Positions 30,643 to 42,417 of a stretch of DNA of 64,000 bases are shown here, piece by piece. The notes beneath the pieces were generated by a model. The model had not been told where the DNA came from and ran no database searches. It saw only the letters and a program-made list of their open reading frames with translations. How positions within the stretch are numbered: the first letter of the stretch is position 1; the number at the start of each line of letters is the position of its first letter. This stretch comes from Myxococcota bacterium (GTDB lineage: Bacteria; Myxococcota_A; UBA796; CAJQPC01), in the NCBI GenBank assembly GCA_036229005.1, contig JAZAMN010000047.1:21339-85338 (forward strand), given 5' to 3'. A program made the position numbers and the translations under genes.

Positions 30643-32067
30643 ATGCTGAAGTCGAGCTACCCCTTCTACCTGGCCAACACCCCTCAGGAGCCCAACACCG
30701 ACCTGGTCGTGTTGGACAAGTCCAACGCCGAGCCGGCGACCGAGGCCGCGCTGGCCAGCGCCGAGGACCTGGAGACCGCCATCGCCGCAGCCGTCAGCGC
30801 TGTGCCCGCGATGCGTGCGCTGCCACTGCACACCCGCCAGGCCATCCTGCGCCACTGCGCCGACCAGATCGAGGCCCGCGCCGAGGAGTTCGCCAAGGTC
30901 CTGGTGATCGAGGCCGGCAAGCCCATCCTGCAGGCCCGCGCCGAGGTCGAGCGCGCCCAGGTGACCTTCCGCGTCGCTGCGGAGGAGGCCGCCCGCTCCA
31001 TGGGTGAGGTGATGGACCTGGGCAACAGCCCCGCCACCGCCGGCGCCATCGGCATGACCCGCCGCGTGGGTCTGGGCCCCGTCGCCCTGATCACGCCCTT
31101 CAACTTCCCCCTGAACCTGGTCGCCCACAAGGTCGCGCCGGCCATCGCCGCCGGCTGCCCCTTTGTGCTCAAGCCCAGCGAGCGCACCCCCATCTCCGCG
31201 CTGATGCTGGGCGAGATCCTGGCCGAGACCGAGCTGCCCGAGGGCGCCTTCTCCATCCTGCCGATGGACGTCGAGGACGCCCAGGCCCTGGTCACGGACG
31301 ACCGCTTCAAGCTGCTGTCCTTCACCGGCTCCGACAAGGTGGGCTGGGAGCTCAAGGCCAAGGCCGGTCGCAAGAAGGTGATGCTTGAGCTCGGCGGCAA
31401 CGCCGCGGTGATCGTGGACAAGGACGCCGACCTGGACGAGGCCGTGGCCCGCGTGGTCGAGGGCGCCTTCTCCTACGCCGGCCAGTCCTGCATCAGCGTG
31501 CAGCGCATCTACGTGCACCAGCAGGCCTACTCCGCGTTCCGCGACAAGCTGGTGGGCGCCGCCCGCCGCCTGGAGGTCGGGGACCCCTCCGACGAGGACA
31601 ACTTCGTCGGGCCCGTGATCGACGAGGACGCCGCCGCCCGCATCGAGGACTGGGTCCAGGACGCCGTCATCCGCGGCGCCACCATCCTGTGCGGTGGGGA
31701 CCGTGACGGCCTCTACCTGACCCCCACCGTGCTCGAGAACGTGCGCAAGAAGGCCCTGCTCCACAAGGAGGAGGCCTTCGGTCCCGTCGCCAGCATCATC
31801 CCCTTCAAGGACTACGAGGTCGCGCTGGCGGAGGTCGATGACGGCCGCTTTGGCCTGCAGGTCGGTGTGTTCACCGAGTCCCTGGAGAGCGCGATGTCCG
31901 CCTGGGAGCAGCTCAACGTGGGCGCCGTGATCGTGGGCGATGTCCCCACCTGGCGCGCCGACGCGATGCCCTACGGCGGCACCAAGGACTCCGGCACCGG
32001 CCGCGAGGGCCTGCGCTACGCCATCGACGAGATGAGCGAGCTGCGCCTGCTGGTGATGCGCCGCTGA
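30643..32067 (+). CDS. aldehyde dehydrogenase family protein
   Basis: ITPFNFPLNL, LKPSE, FTGS, LELGGN, GQSCISVQR, EEAFGP. Confidence 0.95.
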   Translation: MLKSSYPFYLANTPQEPNTDLVVLDKSNAEPATEAALASAEDLETAIAAAVSAVPAMRALPLHTRQAILRHCADQIEARAEEFAKVLVIEAGKPILQARAEVERAQVTFRVAAEEAARSMGEVMDLGNSPATAGAIGMTRRVGLGPVALITPFNFPLNLVAHKVAPAIAAGCPFVLKPSERTPISALMLGEILAETELPEGAFSILPMDVEDAQALVTDDRFKLLSFTGSDKVGWELKAKAGRKKVMLELGGNAAVIVDKDADLDEAVARVVEGAFSYAGQSCISVQRIYVHQQAYSAFRDKLVGAARRLEVGDPSDEDNFVGPVIDEDAAARIEDWVQDAVIRGATILCGGDRDGLYLTPTVLENVRKKALLHKEEAFGPVASIIPFKDYEVALAEVDDGRFGLQVGVFTESLESAMSAWEQLNVGAVIVGDVPTWRADAMPYGGTKDSGTGREGLRYAIDEMSELRLLVMRR

Positions 32068-32138
32068 CCGCTCGGGGCGCTCTTCACCGAGCGTCTCGGT
32101 CTCCGGAGCCTCCGCCCAGTTGCGGGGGCTCTGTTGCT

Positions 32139-32768
32139 TCAGGGGCTGGCGCTTGAGGGGCCTGTCGGTGGGGGCTCCAGCTTGGAGGGGGGCAGCCAGG
32201 GGCCGTCGCCTTGGCCAAGCGTGAGCGCCCCGCGCCAGGGATCCGAGGGGCCCATCCGCAGCCAGACCCGGCCCTTGAAGGTCTCCGGATCGACGCCACC
32301 CCACTGCCGGCTGTCGGGCGGCCCGTCGCGCTTGTCCGCGAGCACCAGCCACTGGCCCTCGGGGGCGCTCAGGGCCCGGGGAGGCTCGGAGAAGGGACGA
32401 TCCGCGCGCTGCACCAGCCAGCCGTCCTGCTCGGAGTAGAGGACGCCATCTGGGCCCCGGTGCATCTCTCTCCACCGCCAGGCCTGCCCCTGCACCTCCA
32501 ACCCCGGCGCCGTGACCACCAGCGAGGACAGGCTGGGCGCGACCAGCCGGCGCAGCACCAAGCGCTCCGGATCCCCGGGATCGGAGAGCAGCACCACGTC
32601 GCCTTGCTGGGGGGCACGCCAGGGCGGGTAGGGGAGCCAGAGCACCCAGTCACCGGGGCGCAAGCTGGGCAGCATGTCCTCGCTGGTGACCCGCAGTGGG
32701 CGGAGGAGCGCGAGCACCAAGAGGCCCAGGAGGGGAGCCAGCCAGCGTCGGGGGGGCGGGAGCTTCAT
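32139..32768 (-). CDS. signal peptidase I (S26) homolog, probably catalytically inactive
   Basis: TM then SEDMLPSLRPGD, GDVV, LRRLV, DKRD..DSRQWG boxes; catalytic Ser and Lys positions read D and R. Confidence 0.75.
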   Translation of the reverse strand: MKLPPPRRWLAPLLGLLVLALLRPLRVTSEDMLPSLRPGDWVLWLPYPPWRAPQQGDVVLLSDPGDPERLVLRRLVAPSLSSLVVTAPGLEVQGQAWRWREMHRGPDGVLYSEQDGWLVQRADRPFSEPPRALSAPEGQWLVLADKRDGPPDSRQWGGVDPETFKGRVWLRMGPSDPWRGALTLGQGDGPWLPPSKLEPPPTGPSSASP

Positions 32769-32811
32769 TCTCCCTCTACACTACCCGCTGCAGCGCACGA
32801 CAGGAGAGCAC

Positions 32812-32991
32812 GTGGCCGCAGCACGCCAGGACGACAAGGCCCAGCAGCCCAGAGGCAATCAGGGGCGACGGACGCGCAAGCGCGTGGGGCTGCGGGAGCG
32901 GCTGTGGATGGCGGCCTCCAAGGTGCTGGGAAAGCTGGGCAGCCCGGCCCACAAGACCAACGCGAGCGGCAACAACATGAGCCAGCGCTGA
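32812..32991 (+). CDS. putative small basic protein (59 aa)
   Basis: AGGAG RBS before GTG, mostly G/C-ending codons, fills the gap before 33012. Confidence 0.4.
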   Translation: MAAARQDDKAQQPRGNQGRRTRKRVGLRERLWMAASKVLGKLGSPAHKTNASGNNMSQR

Positions 32992-33011
32992 CGGACGGTT
33001 AGTCCCCCCCG

Positions 33012-34145
33012 ATGCTCCCGATCCTGCTCATCGCCTGCAGCGCAGGCCCCAAGGTGCTCCCCGACAAGGTCGTGCTGTCCGGTGACGGGCGGCTGACCCA
33101 CACCCGCAGCGGCGCCACCTGGGCGGACCCGGACGTCGAGGTCGGACCGGTGGTCTGGGTGCGCGGTCAGAGCGAGCCTCTGGCGGGGGAGCTGCGGCCG
33201 GGGCGCAGCGCAGAGGACGAGATCGCGGCCTACCTGCCGGGGAGCACGGCGGAGATGACCCTGCGCATGGGCGACCAGCCGCTGCCCGGGAGCACCGTGA
33301 CCATGAGCGGGCGCTGGGCCTCGGGGGCGGAGATCCAGTCGCAGACCCTGCCGCTCGCGCAGGAGCTGTCCTGGTCGCTGGGCCTGCCGCAGCGCCTGGA
33401 CGCCCTGGAGCTGACCCTGGAGTTCAGCGAGCCGGAGCAGCCCACCTACCGCACCCACCACACCATCGTGACCACCTGGGACGCCCCGATCGAGGGCACG
33501 CCGCTCTACCGCCGGCCCCTTCTGTGGATGGCGCAGTGGGGTGCGGGGACGCCGGCCAAGAGCGTGACGCCGCTGGAGCTGCAGGCCCAGGTGGAGAACG
33601 ATCTGGCGCTGGTCGCGCTGGACGGGATCTGGGAGCTGGGGCTGGCCGGGGAGCGCAGCTACGGGCCCTTCCCAAGGCCCAAGGACAAGGACAACCAGGC
33701 CCACGTGTGGCTGGATCACGGGCAGAGCGCCTGCGGGGAGTACCGCGGGATCCTGCTGAACCTGCTGGAGAGCCAGGGCGTGGAGGCGAGCTGGGTGCTG
33801 CTGACCTTCCGGAACCCCAGCCCCGACGCCCTGAGCATGTACGAGACCCGGAAGATCGCCGCCGTGGGGACGGAGCCCAAGGTCTGGCAGCACTGGAATC
33901 ACGTGGCGGTGGAGGTGAACGGGCAGGTCTATGACCCGACCTACCACCTGCACCACCCGGACTTCGCGTCCTACGAAGACGACCTCTTCGAGTTCTACTG
34001 CACCGGCGAGGACGAGAAGTGCAAGACGCCCGGGGGCTGGTGTCAGCAGCCTCGGCCGGAGGGGAGCTGCAGGCCCAACCCGCCGGGCTTCGACCCCAGC
34101 GGCCCCGAGGGCGCGATGCTGGTCAAGCGCGGCGACAACTACTGA
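33012..34145 (+). CDS. lipoprotein with transglutaminase-like Cys-His-Asp triad
   Basis: MLPILLIAC; SACGEY...LL...GV, WNHVAVEV, YDPTY. Confidence 0.7.
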   Translation: MLPILLIACSAGPKVLPDKVVLSGDGRLTHTRSGATWADPDVEVGPVVWVRGQSEPLAGELRPGRSAEDEIAAYLPGSTAEMTLRMGDQPLPGSTVTMSGRWASGAEIQSQTLPLAQELSWSLGLPQRLDALELTLEFSEPEQPTYRTHHTIVTTWDAPIEGTPLYRRPLLWMAQWGAGTPAKSVTPLELQAQVENDLALVALDGIWELGLAGERSYGPFPRPKDKDNQAHVWLDHGQSACGEYRGILLNLLESQGVEASWVLLTFRNPSPDALSMYETRKIAAVGTEPKVWQHWNHVAVEVNGQVYDPTYHLHHPDFASYEDDLFEFYCTGEDEKCKTPGGWCQQPRPEGSCRPNPPGFDPSGPEGAMLVKRGDNY

Positions 34146-35230
34146 TGCTGGCGCTTGGACTCTGCCTGTTGGCGGCGCCGCTGGCCCATGAGGGCGAGCC
34201 GGGGCTCAAGGATGAGCTGGTGCCCCCCACCCACGCGGCGCAGATGCGGCGGCGGCTGCGGCGTGCCGGGCTCGCGGGCATGGCGGTCGGGGGGCTCTGG
34301 TACCTGGCCATCGGCGACACCCTGGGGGCGGGTGACCCGGCGAGCCTGATTGCGGGGGCGGGGCTCGTGGCGACCACGGGTGCGCTGGCGGGCGGCGCGG
34401 TCGCGGTGCTCGACCCCCGGGAGCCGCCCATGGACTGGGAGGCCTCGGGGCCGCCGCTGCAGCTCAACTGGGGCCTGGATGGCTCCAACACCTACGGGGA
34501 GCGCAACCCCGGGGGGCTGGGGTTGGAGATGGCGCCGCGCTTTGTGGTGGCGGACCACATGACCCTGATCGCCGGGATGGAGTTCCGCTCGCTGTTGGGC
34601 AGCGAGCTGCAGGTGGACTCGCGGCCGCAGGGGGACTTCGATACGGCGCTGGAGCGCTGGAGCTGGGGCCTGGACGTGACCCCGGAGCTGCGCTGGTACC
34701 ACGAGGGCTTCGACCTGCGCCTGCGCCCCATGGTCCTGACCCGACAGGAGGCGACGACCTACGCGGACGGCTCCGGCCGCCAGATCCGCCGCCAGGCCAT
34801 CATGCCGGTGACCCTGGGCGCGCGCTTCTACTTGTCGGGGCGCCAGCGCTTCGCGGTCTACGTGGGCCCCCGCTGGGACCGCCTGACCTGGACCGAGGGG
34901 GGCGAGTGGGCGGACGGCGATCTGCGCCTGGGGCCGCTCTACGGCGAGGCCTTCTACACCCTCAATCTGCCCCACAGCGAGCTCCCCGGCGGCCTGCAGG
35001 GCGCCTCGCGGCTGCGCATCGGGTACGAGCACAGCAACTTTGACGGCCAGGGCTTCGACTTCGGCGCCAGCATCGGCTTCTTCGGGCCGGTGACCCTGCG
35101 CTACGACATGCAGCTCCGCCGGCCCAACTGGAAGTCGGGGGTGCAGGTGGGCGTGCAGGGGACCTTCAACCAAGGCGGCGGCGTGGCGCTGACCCTGGGG
35201 TGGAACGCCGCCCCCATCGGAGGACAGTGA
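34145..35230 (+). CDS. exported protein with glycine-zipper-like helices and probable outer-membrane beta-barrel
   Basis: Signal peptide; alternating aromatic/hydrophobic strands; ends LTLGW; TGATG coupling. Confidence 0.6.
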   Translation: MLALGLCLLAAPLAHEGEPGLKDELVPPTHAAQMRRRLRRAGLAGMAVGGLWYLAIGDTLGAGDPASLIAGAGLVATTGALAGGAVAVLDPREPPMDWEASGPPLQLNWGLDGSNTYGERNPGGLGLEMAPRFVVADHMTLIAGMEFRSLLGSELQVDSRPQGDFDTALERWSWGLDVTPELRWYHEGFDLRLRPMVLTRQEATTYADGSGRQIRRQAIMPVTLGARFYLSGRQRFAVYVGPRWDRLTWTEGGEWADGDLRLGPLYGEAFYTLNLPHSELPGGLQGASRLRIGYEHSNFDGQGFDFGASIGFFGPVTLRYDMQLRRPNWKSGVQVGVQGTFNQGGGVALTLGWNAAPIGGQ

Positions 35231-36396
35231 TGTTCGCGCTGCTGCTGGGCCTGGGCTGCACCCGCTCGGAGTGCTCGCGCCCCGAGTACGACCGCCCGGA
35301 GTGTCGGGTGCAGGCGGAGAACGAGCTGGCGCGGGGCCTGAGCGCGGAGGGGGTGGACGTGCGCTTTCAGGCCGTTGGGGCGGCCGACGCTCAGAGCTGG
35401 GACGCCCTGGGCCGGGTGGAGAACCTGAGCACCGGCGAGCTCTACGCCCGCGTGGGGACCCTGGGGGACTTCCGGATCTCCCTGGAGACGGACCAGATGG
35501 TCGAGCTGCTGCTGGTCCTGGACAATGTGGACCCCCGCATCCCCGAGCTGGACGGGCAGGTCTCCCAGACCGGGCTGCGCCGGGAGCTGGAGCTGGTGCT
35601 CATGCCCGGCGTGACCTGGGTCGAAGGGACCCTGCCGGAGACCCTGTGCTCTGGCGCCTTCCGCCTGGCGGCGGTGGGGGACATCCAGACCAACCCCCTG
35701 CAGTTCCGGCGCATCGTCGAGGAGCTGCACGCCGAGTACGACCGCTCCGAGGCCGCGGGCGCGCCACTGCTGGGGGTCGTGCTGCTGGGCGACATCTCGG
35801 AGCACTCGCTGGCCGAGGAGCTCCAGGAGGTGCTCGACATGCTGGTGTCCTCGCCGGTGCCAGCAGCGGTGCTGCCCGGAAACCATGACGTATACAACTC
35901 CAGGGACGCGGTGTTCAACCGAGTGGTGGGGCCCGGGAACCTCTCCTTCGACCTCTGCGACGCGCACCTGGTGCTGCTGGACACGGGATCGGGTCGCCTG
36001 GCGCCGTCGGTCGAGGGCCGCCTGCCGGAGCTGATCGAGAGTGACCAGCGCTTCCTGGTCGCGGGGGTGCACCACCCTCCGATTCCGGGCTGGACGGGGG
36101 CCGGTTGGGGAGATGAGGTGGGGGCGAGTAGCCTGCTCGCGGAGCTCGCGAGTGCGCGGGCAGACCTCCTGATGGCGGGTCACGTGCACCAACGCCTGGA
36201 GTTTGACGACGGCCCCATCCCCGAGGTCATCGTGGGCACGGCTGGCGCGGACCAGGTCGAGGTGGAGCCCGACTATGGCTTCCTGCGCCTGGACTTCCAG
36301 GAGGCGCTTGACTGGTGCTTCGTGCCGGTGCCAGCAGCGGGTGGGGCAGGGGTCAGTCGCCCGCCGCCACCCGACTGCTCGGACACCCCCCGCTGA
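35230..36396 (+). CDS. calcineurin-like metallophosphoesterase lipoprotein
   Basis: [32 protein letters not shown]. Confidence 0.9.
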   Translation: MFALLLGLGCTRSECSRPEYDRPECRVQAENELARGLSAEGVDVRFQAVGAADAQSWDALGRVENLSTGELYARVGTLGDFRISLETDQMVELLLVLDNVDPRIPELDGQVSQTGLRRELELVLMPGVTWVEGTLPETLCSGAFRLAAVGDIQTNPLQFRRIVEELHAEYDRSEAAGAPLLGVVLLGDISEHSLAEELQEVLDMLVSSPVPAAVLPGNHDVYNSRDAVFNRVVGPGNLSFDLCDAHLVLLDTGSGRLAPSVEGRLPELIESDQRFLVAGVHHPPIPGWTGAGWGDEVGASSLLAELASARADLLMAGHVHQRLEFDDGPIPEVIVGTAGADQVEVEPDYGFLRLDFQEALDWCFVPVPAAGGAGVSRPPPPDCSDTPR

Positions 36397-36412
36397 GGCG
36401 AGGGGCGCGCTG

Positions 36413-37609
<1,197 letters not shown>

Positions 37610-37628
37610 GGGGGACTCCTGGGGGCGA

Positions 37629-38705
37629 TCAGTTGGAAGGCTGGGACTCGGCCAGGCGGCGGCCGAAGGAACGGGCCACGCTCAGGCCAAAGACCAGAGC
37701 GCGGTTGACATCGGGGTCGTTGGCGCTGCGCGCCAAGGCGAGCAGGCCCATGGGGGCGAGCTGGTGGGAGGTGGTGGTCTCGGCCAGGGCCTTGCCGGCG
37801 CTGCCCACCACCCGCACGGGCTCGGGCTCGAGCACGCCGCTGGAGAGCAGGTCGGTGACGACCTGGGAGATGGTCTCGCTGTGCGCCAGGAAGGTGCACA
37901 TCATGTCCAGCAGCTCCGGCCGGGTGAGCATCTCGGAGGCGCGGGTCAGGCTGCGGATGCGCTCGTCCAGGTCGATGCCCTGGCTGTAGAGCTGGGCGAA
38001 GTGCTGGTCGATGGTGTCGACCATGCCGGCGACGGCCCCGGGGGCGGTCTCGGCGAGCACCAGGGCCTGCTCCAGGTTGGCCATCGTCTCGGGGCGGGTG
38101 AGGCGCTCGAGCAGCTCCAGGCTCTTGCGGGCGCGGGCGTCGACGTCGACTCCCTTGGCCTGCAGGGCGCCGATGTGCTGGTCCACGGTGTCCAGGGCCA
38201 TCGCGGCCATCCCGGGCACCTGGCTGGCCATCGCGGCGCTCTGCTCCAGCAGCTCCACGCGCTCCATGAGGGAAGCCAGGGCGGCGGCGGACTCCGGCCG
38301 GGTGGCGGCCTCGGCGAGCTTGAGGCCGGCGGCCATGCGCTGATCGATGTCGACGCCCTGGGTCTGCAGGCCCGCCATGTGTGCGTCGAGGGTGTCGACC
38401 ATTCCGGCGATCGCGCCAGGGGCCTGCTCGGCCAGGTCCAGAGCCTGCTGGAGCTGTGCGGCGGTCTCGGGGCGGGTCAGGCGCTCGACGAGCTGGAGGG
38501 TGGTGTTCAGGCGCTGGTCCACATCCACGCCCTGCTGCTGCAGTCTCGCGATGTGGGCGTCCACGGTGTCGACCGTGGTGGCCAGCGCGTTGGGGAGCTG
38601 CTCCTGGGCCTGCTGTAGACCGGCGAGCTGCTGCTCCACATTGCTCATGCGGGCGCTCAGGTCTTCCAGCAGGGCCAGGATGCGCTCTTGGGTCGGGTCT
38701 GACAC
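37629..38705 (-). CDS. DUF1641-domain protein with four internal helical repeats
   Basis: C-terminal [19 protein letters not shown]; 4 x DT.D.H...L...G.D.D.R...TRPE; GGAG-preceded GTG. Confidence 0.82.
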   Translation of the reverse strand: MSDPTQERILALLEDLSARMSNVEQQLAGLQQAQEQLPNALATTVDTVDAHIARLQQQGVDVDQRLNTTLQLVERLTRPETAAQLQQALDLAEQAPGAIAGMVDTLDAHMAGLQTQGVDIDQRMAAGLKLAEAATRPESAAALASLMERVELLEQSAAMASQVPGMAAMALDTVDQHIGALQAKGVDVDARARKSLELLERLTRPETMANLEQALVLAETAPGAVAGMVDTIDQHFAQLYSQGIDLDERIRSLTRASEMLTRPELLDMMCTFLAHSETISQVVTDLLSSGVLEPEPVRVVGSAGKALAETTTSHQLAPMGLLALARSANDPDVNRALVFGLSVARSFGRRLAESQPSN

Positions 38706-38756
38706 AGGGGCTCCGGGGGTCTGGGGGGGAGGGAGGTCGGGCTTGGACTCATTCCA

Positions 38757-38772
38757 AGCAAGTTCGGTGCCA
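38757..38772 (-). promoter_or_regulatory. sigma-54 (-24/-12) promoter for the DUF1641-sqr operon
   Basis: Minus strand TGGCAC-CGAAC-TTGCT matches TGGCAC-N5-TTGC. Confidence 0.85.
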
Positions 38773-38834
38773 GGCTCGATCCAAGCACGTGACAGGCGGA
38801 CCAGGGCGTGGACGCACTGTCCAGGTGCAGGAGA

Positions 38835-38881
38835 TGTCAGGGGTGGCATGCCGTCCCTGTCAGTAGCTGCCAGATGTGGCA
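38835..38881. promoter_or_regulatory. two palindromic enhancer (UAS) sites TGYCA-N4-TGGCA
   Basis: TGTCAGGGGTGGCA at 38835 and TGCCAGATGTGGCA at 38868, 33 bp apart, upstream of the sigma-54 promoter. Confidence 0.65.
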
Positions 38882-38891
38882 GGGTGTGCGC

Positions 38892-40199
38892 ATGTCATCG
38901 CCCCCCAAGCCCCCACCGGATCTCGCCTCCAGCCTGGAGGAACTGCGGGATCCCGCGATCCTGCTGTCCACCGACTACCGGGTCCTCGCCACCAACCAGC
39001 GCTACGTCGAGCGCTACGGGCAGGTCCCGGAGCTGGGGCGCAGCCGCTGTCACGAAGTGAGTCACGGCTATGACACACCCTGCGACGAGAATGGTGAGTC
39101 CTGCCCCCTCGCTGTCTGCCGCGCCTCGGGTCAGGCCAGCCGGGTCAGCCATGTGCACCACACTCCCCGGGGCCCCGAGCACTGCGACATCACCCTGCGC
39201 CCCATCCGGGATGGCCAAGGCCGCATCACCGCCTACGTGGAGATCATCCAGCCCATCGATGTGGCCCACGCCGAGACCCGCCGCGGCCAGCTCCTGGGCC
39301 GCTCGCGCGCCTTCTCTGCGTCCGTGGGGATGCTCCGTCGGGCGGCCCCCAGCGAGGTCCCCGTGCTCCTGCTGGGGGAGTCCGGCACCGGCAAGGAGCT
39401 CATGGCGCGGGCCCTCCACCACAGCTCCGAGCGCCGCCACGGCGCCTTCGTCCCCTTGGAGTGCAGCGGCCTGCCCGAGGCGCTCTTCGAGAGCGAGCTC
39501 TTCGGCTACGAGAAGGGGGCGTTCACCGGCGCCGACCGCCGCACCGAGGGACTGGTGGACGCCGCCTCCGGGGGCACGCTCTTCCTGGACGAGATCGGGG
39601 ACGTGCCCTTGTCTCTGCAGGTCAAGCTCCTGCGCCTTCTGGAGTCGGGGACCTACCGGCGCGTCGGCGGCAAGGAGGTCCTCCGGGCCGACTTCCGCCT
39701 GGTCTGCGCCACCCACCGCGACCTGCTCGAGATGGTCTCGGCCGGGAGCTTCCGCCGCGACCTCTACTACCGGATCAACACCTTCCCCATCCCGCTCCCC
39801 CCGCTCCGGGACCGCCTGGAGGACCTGCCGCTGCTCTGCCGCGCCTTCCTGGCCGGGACCGACAAGGTGCTCAGCGACGAGGCCCTCACCGTCCTCCAGA
39901 GCTGGGACTTCCCCGGCAACATCCGCGAGCTCAAGAACCTGATGCAGCGCGCCGCCCTGTTGGCGGACGGTGCCCGGATCCTGCCGCGCCACCTGCCCAT
40001 GGCCGCCTGCGTCCAGTCGCCCACCAGCCAGCCGGCCTGGATGCCCAGCGAGATCCTCCCCCTGGAGCAGGTCGTGGATCGCTACCTGCGCTGGGCCGCC
40101 GGGCAGGGCCTCGAGCGTCGGGAGCTGGCCAGCGCGCTGGGGATGTCCGAGCGCACCCTCTACCGCCGCCTGCGGGCGCTCCGGGAGGCAGGGAAATAG
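38892..40199 (+). CDS. sigma-54-dependent activator with Cys-containing PAS-like sensor (FisR-like)
   Basis: CHEVSH...PC.....[46 protein letters not shown]-terminal HTH. Confidence 0.93.
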   Translation: MSSPPKPPPDLASSLEELRDPAILLSTDYRVLATNQRYVERYGQVPELGRSRCHEVSHGYDTPCDENGESCPLAVCRASGQASRVSHVHHTPRGPEHCDITLRPIRDGQGRITAYVEIIQPIDVAHAETRRGQLLGRSRAFSASVGMLRRAAPSEVPVLLLGESGTGKELMARALHHSSERRHGAFVPLECSGLPEALFESELFGYEKGAFTGADRRTEGLVDAASGGTLFLDEIGDVPLSLQVKLLRLLESGTYRRVGGKEVLRADFRLVCATHRDLLEMVSAGSFRRDLYYRINTFPIPLPPLRDRLEDLPLLCRAFLAGTDKVLSDEALTVLQSWDFPGNIRELKNLMQRAALLADGARILPRHLPMAACVQSPTSQPAWMPSEILPLEQVVDRYLRWAAGQGLERRELASALGMSERTLYRRLRALREAGK

Positions 40200-40208
40200 A
40201 GGGGGAGC

Positions 40209-40700
40209 ATGTCCAAGAACACCTCATGGGGCCTGGTCCTGCTGGGGGCCGGCGTGCTGGCCCTCCCCTGCATCTTCCTGGTGCCCTACTACCGCTCGGT
40301 GACCCAGGAGTACGGCCGCTTCCACGAGTACATGGAGGCCACCGTCGACAACACCGAGACCCCCGTGGAGTGGACCCAGCGGCCCTTCTCCCCCGTGGAG
40401 TGCGTCGACTTCGGGGTCGCCTGGTCCGAGGCCTGCCCCGCGACCAAGGAGTTCTGCCACGGCGCGCTCTATTCGGTGGTCGGTCGCTGCGTGGAGTCCC
40501 AGGATCGGCAGGACTACTGCGCGAGCCTCGACCGCGAGTGGATGACCACGGGCTTTGGCTACCACGACTGCGAGAACCGGCTCACCGAGCTCCCGGAGGA
40601 CGCGAGCGCCCAGCGCAAGAAGCGGGAGAAGGCCTGCGCTGCGGGGTATCGCAGCATCGCGGACCACTGCCGGGACCTGGAGCTGGCCGCCAACCCTTGA
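40209..40700 (+). CDS. membrane-anchored cysteine-rich hypothetical protein
   Basis: N-terminal TM followed by 8 further Cys; GGAG RBS. Confidence 0.72.
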   Translation: MSKNTSWGLVLLGAGVLALPCIFLVPYYRSVTQEYGRFHEYMEATVDNTETPVEWTQRPFSPVECVDFGVAWSEACPATKEFCHGALYSVVGRCVESQDRQDYCASLDREWMTTGFGYHDCENRLTELPEDASAQRKKREKACAAGYRSIADHCRDLELAANP

Positions 40701-40765
40701 GATCCGGGCGCCAGCGAGGACAGGCTGCCTCAGACCGGCGCTGACCACCCCCTGGCGGAGCTGCG

Positions 40766-41596
40766 CTACTGCGCGCGCTCCCGCAAGGCCTCGTTGAGCT
40801 GCTGGGCGCTGGTGGTCACGATGACACCGGGCACCTCGACCTCGGTCGCGCCGCGCCCGCCCACCGCGACGTGCACGCTCTGCGGCACCAGCTTGCGCAC
40901 CGTGCGAAGCAGCCGCTCGCGCTCGCTCTGGGGGCGCATCCGCACCAGGCTCATGCACACGAGCTGAGGCTGCTGCTGGGCGCAGTAGGCTGGGAGCTCG
41001 TCCAGAGGGAGCTCGGAGCCCAGCCAGTCGGTGCGCCAGCCCATCTCCCCCATGTGGATGGACAGGCCCAGCAGGCCCAGGTCGTGTCGCTCCCCCGGCG
41101 GAGTCAGCAGGGAGGCCAGAGGCCCCTGCGGACACCGCACCTGCTGCGCGAGCTCCATCAAGCGGGAGCGCACAAAGCCCGAGGCGAAGTGCTCCTGGGC
41201 CACGGAGGTCTCTCCACGGGCCCAGCGCTCGCCGAGCTCACGCAGCAGGGGGGAGTAGAGCTGGTCGACCTGGGCGCCGGGAGGCTGGGCCTGGATGCTC
41301 TGCACCATGGCCTCGGCCTCCCGCTGGTCGAAGGCGACCAGGCGTTCCAGCAGGGGCTGCATCAGCTCGGGCAGCGAGCCCTCGCCGCCCAGCAGCTTGA
41401 GGGCCTCGCTCACGGCGTGGCCCTTGTCGACCATCGCCTTGAGCTGCAGCAGGCGCTGCAGGTCGGCCTCGGAGTAGATCCGGTAGCCGTTCTCGGTGCG
41501 GCTGGGGGTCACCGCCTGATAGCGCCGCTCCCACGCCAGCAGTGTGCTTCGGTTGATGCCGGTGAGCCGGCAGATGGTCTTGACGCGGTAGCTCAA
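40766..41596 (-). CDS. carH: MerR-family cobalamin-dependent photoregulator (CarH/LitR-like)
   Basis: MerR HTH with WERRY and GYRIYS; W-x9-EH (RWARGETSVAQEH); ERHDLG B12 motif; TTG overlaps crtB stop. Confidence 0.85.
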   Translation of the reverse strand: MSYRVKTICRLTGINRSTLLAWERRYQAVTPSRTENGYRIYSEADLQRLLQLKAMVDKGHAVSEALKLLGGEGSLPELMQPLLERLVAFDQREAEAMVQSIQAQPPGAQVDQLYSPLLRELGERWARGETSVAQEHFASGFVRSRLMELAQQVRCPQGPLASLLTPPGERHDLGLLGLSIHMGEMGWRTDWLGSELPLDELPAYCAQQQPQLVCMSLVRMRPQSERERLLRTVRKLVPQSVHVAVGGRGATEVEVPGVIVTTSAQQLNEALRERAQ

Positions 41597-42417
41597 GGGG
41601 CACACCCCGGGAGCCCCACCAGAGCTCCGTGCAGCGAGTTGTGGTGCTCGGTCTTGCGGGCGAAGGGCAGCCGCACCAGCGCCCAGGCCCCGACAGCCAG
41701 CTTCTCCCACAGCGGGACGATGGTGCGGCCCTGCATGGGGTCCCCGCCCTGGCGCAGCAGGCGCACGCCGATCTGCCGATACACCTGCATGGCCACCGCG
41801 ATCGCACCTCGCGCGCGCCAAGGAATGTAGGGGAGTCCGGCCACTGCGGAGGCGTAGTATTGGTCCGCGAGAGTCAGCAGGGCTGCGACAGCCGGCTTCA
41901 CCTCCGGCCGGGAGGCGGGGATGTAGCGGCGGTCGCGCTGTTGGTCCTCGAGGACATCTCTACAGATGTTGGTGAGCTGCATCGCGATGCCAAGATCGAT
42001 GGCGTGGGCGTGGGCCCGCGGGTCCTCTACCCCCAGGACCGCGCACATGGCCAGCCCGACCGTCCCGGCGACCCGGTAGCAGTAGCGGAGCAGCTCGGCG
42101 TCGGTCTGGAGCGCGACGGAGCCTTGGTCGGAGACCACGCCGTCGATCAGGTGCAGGAGCGCCTCGACGGAGAGGCCGCGCCGGGCGTTGAGCTCCAGCA
42201 TGGCCGCCGCGAGCCCCTGGGGAGGCTGGTCCCCCTGGAGCTGGGCGCGGATGTCCGCGATGGCGTCGAAGTCCTCGTCCTCATCGGCCAGGTCATCGAC
42301 CACGCGGCAGAAGTGGTACAGGCGTGCGGCGTCGGCCCGCGCCTCCACTGGCAACAGAAAGGAGGCCAGGTAGAAGGTGCGGCCGTGCTTGCGCAGGACT
42401 TCGAGATCGGTGCTCAC
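41593..42417 (-). CDS. crtB: phytoene synthase
   Basis: TFYLAS, FCRVVDDLAD, YCYRVAGTVG, QLTNICRDVLED. Confidence 0.95.
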   Translation of the reverse strand: MSTDLEVLRKHGRTFYLASFLLPVEARADAARLYHFCRVVDDLADEDEDFDAIADIRAQLQGDQPPQGLAAAMLELNARRGLSVEALLHLIDGVVSDQGSVALQTDAELLRYCYRVAGTVGLAMCAVLGVEDPRAHAHAIDLGIAMQLTNICRDVLEDQQRDRRYIPASRPEVKPAVAALLTLADQYYASAVAGLPYIPWRARGAIAVAMQVYRQIGVRLLRQGGDPMQGRTIVPLWEKLAVGAWALVRLPFARKTEHHNSLHGALVGLPGCAP

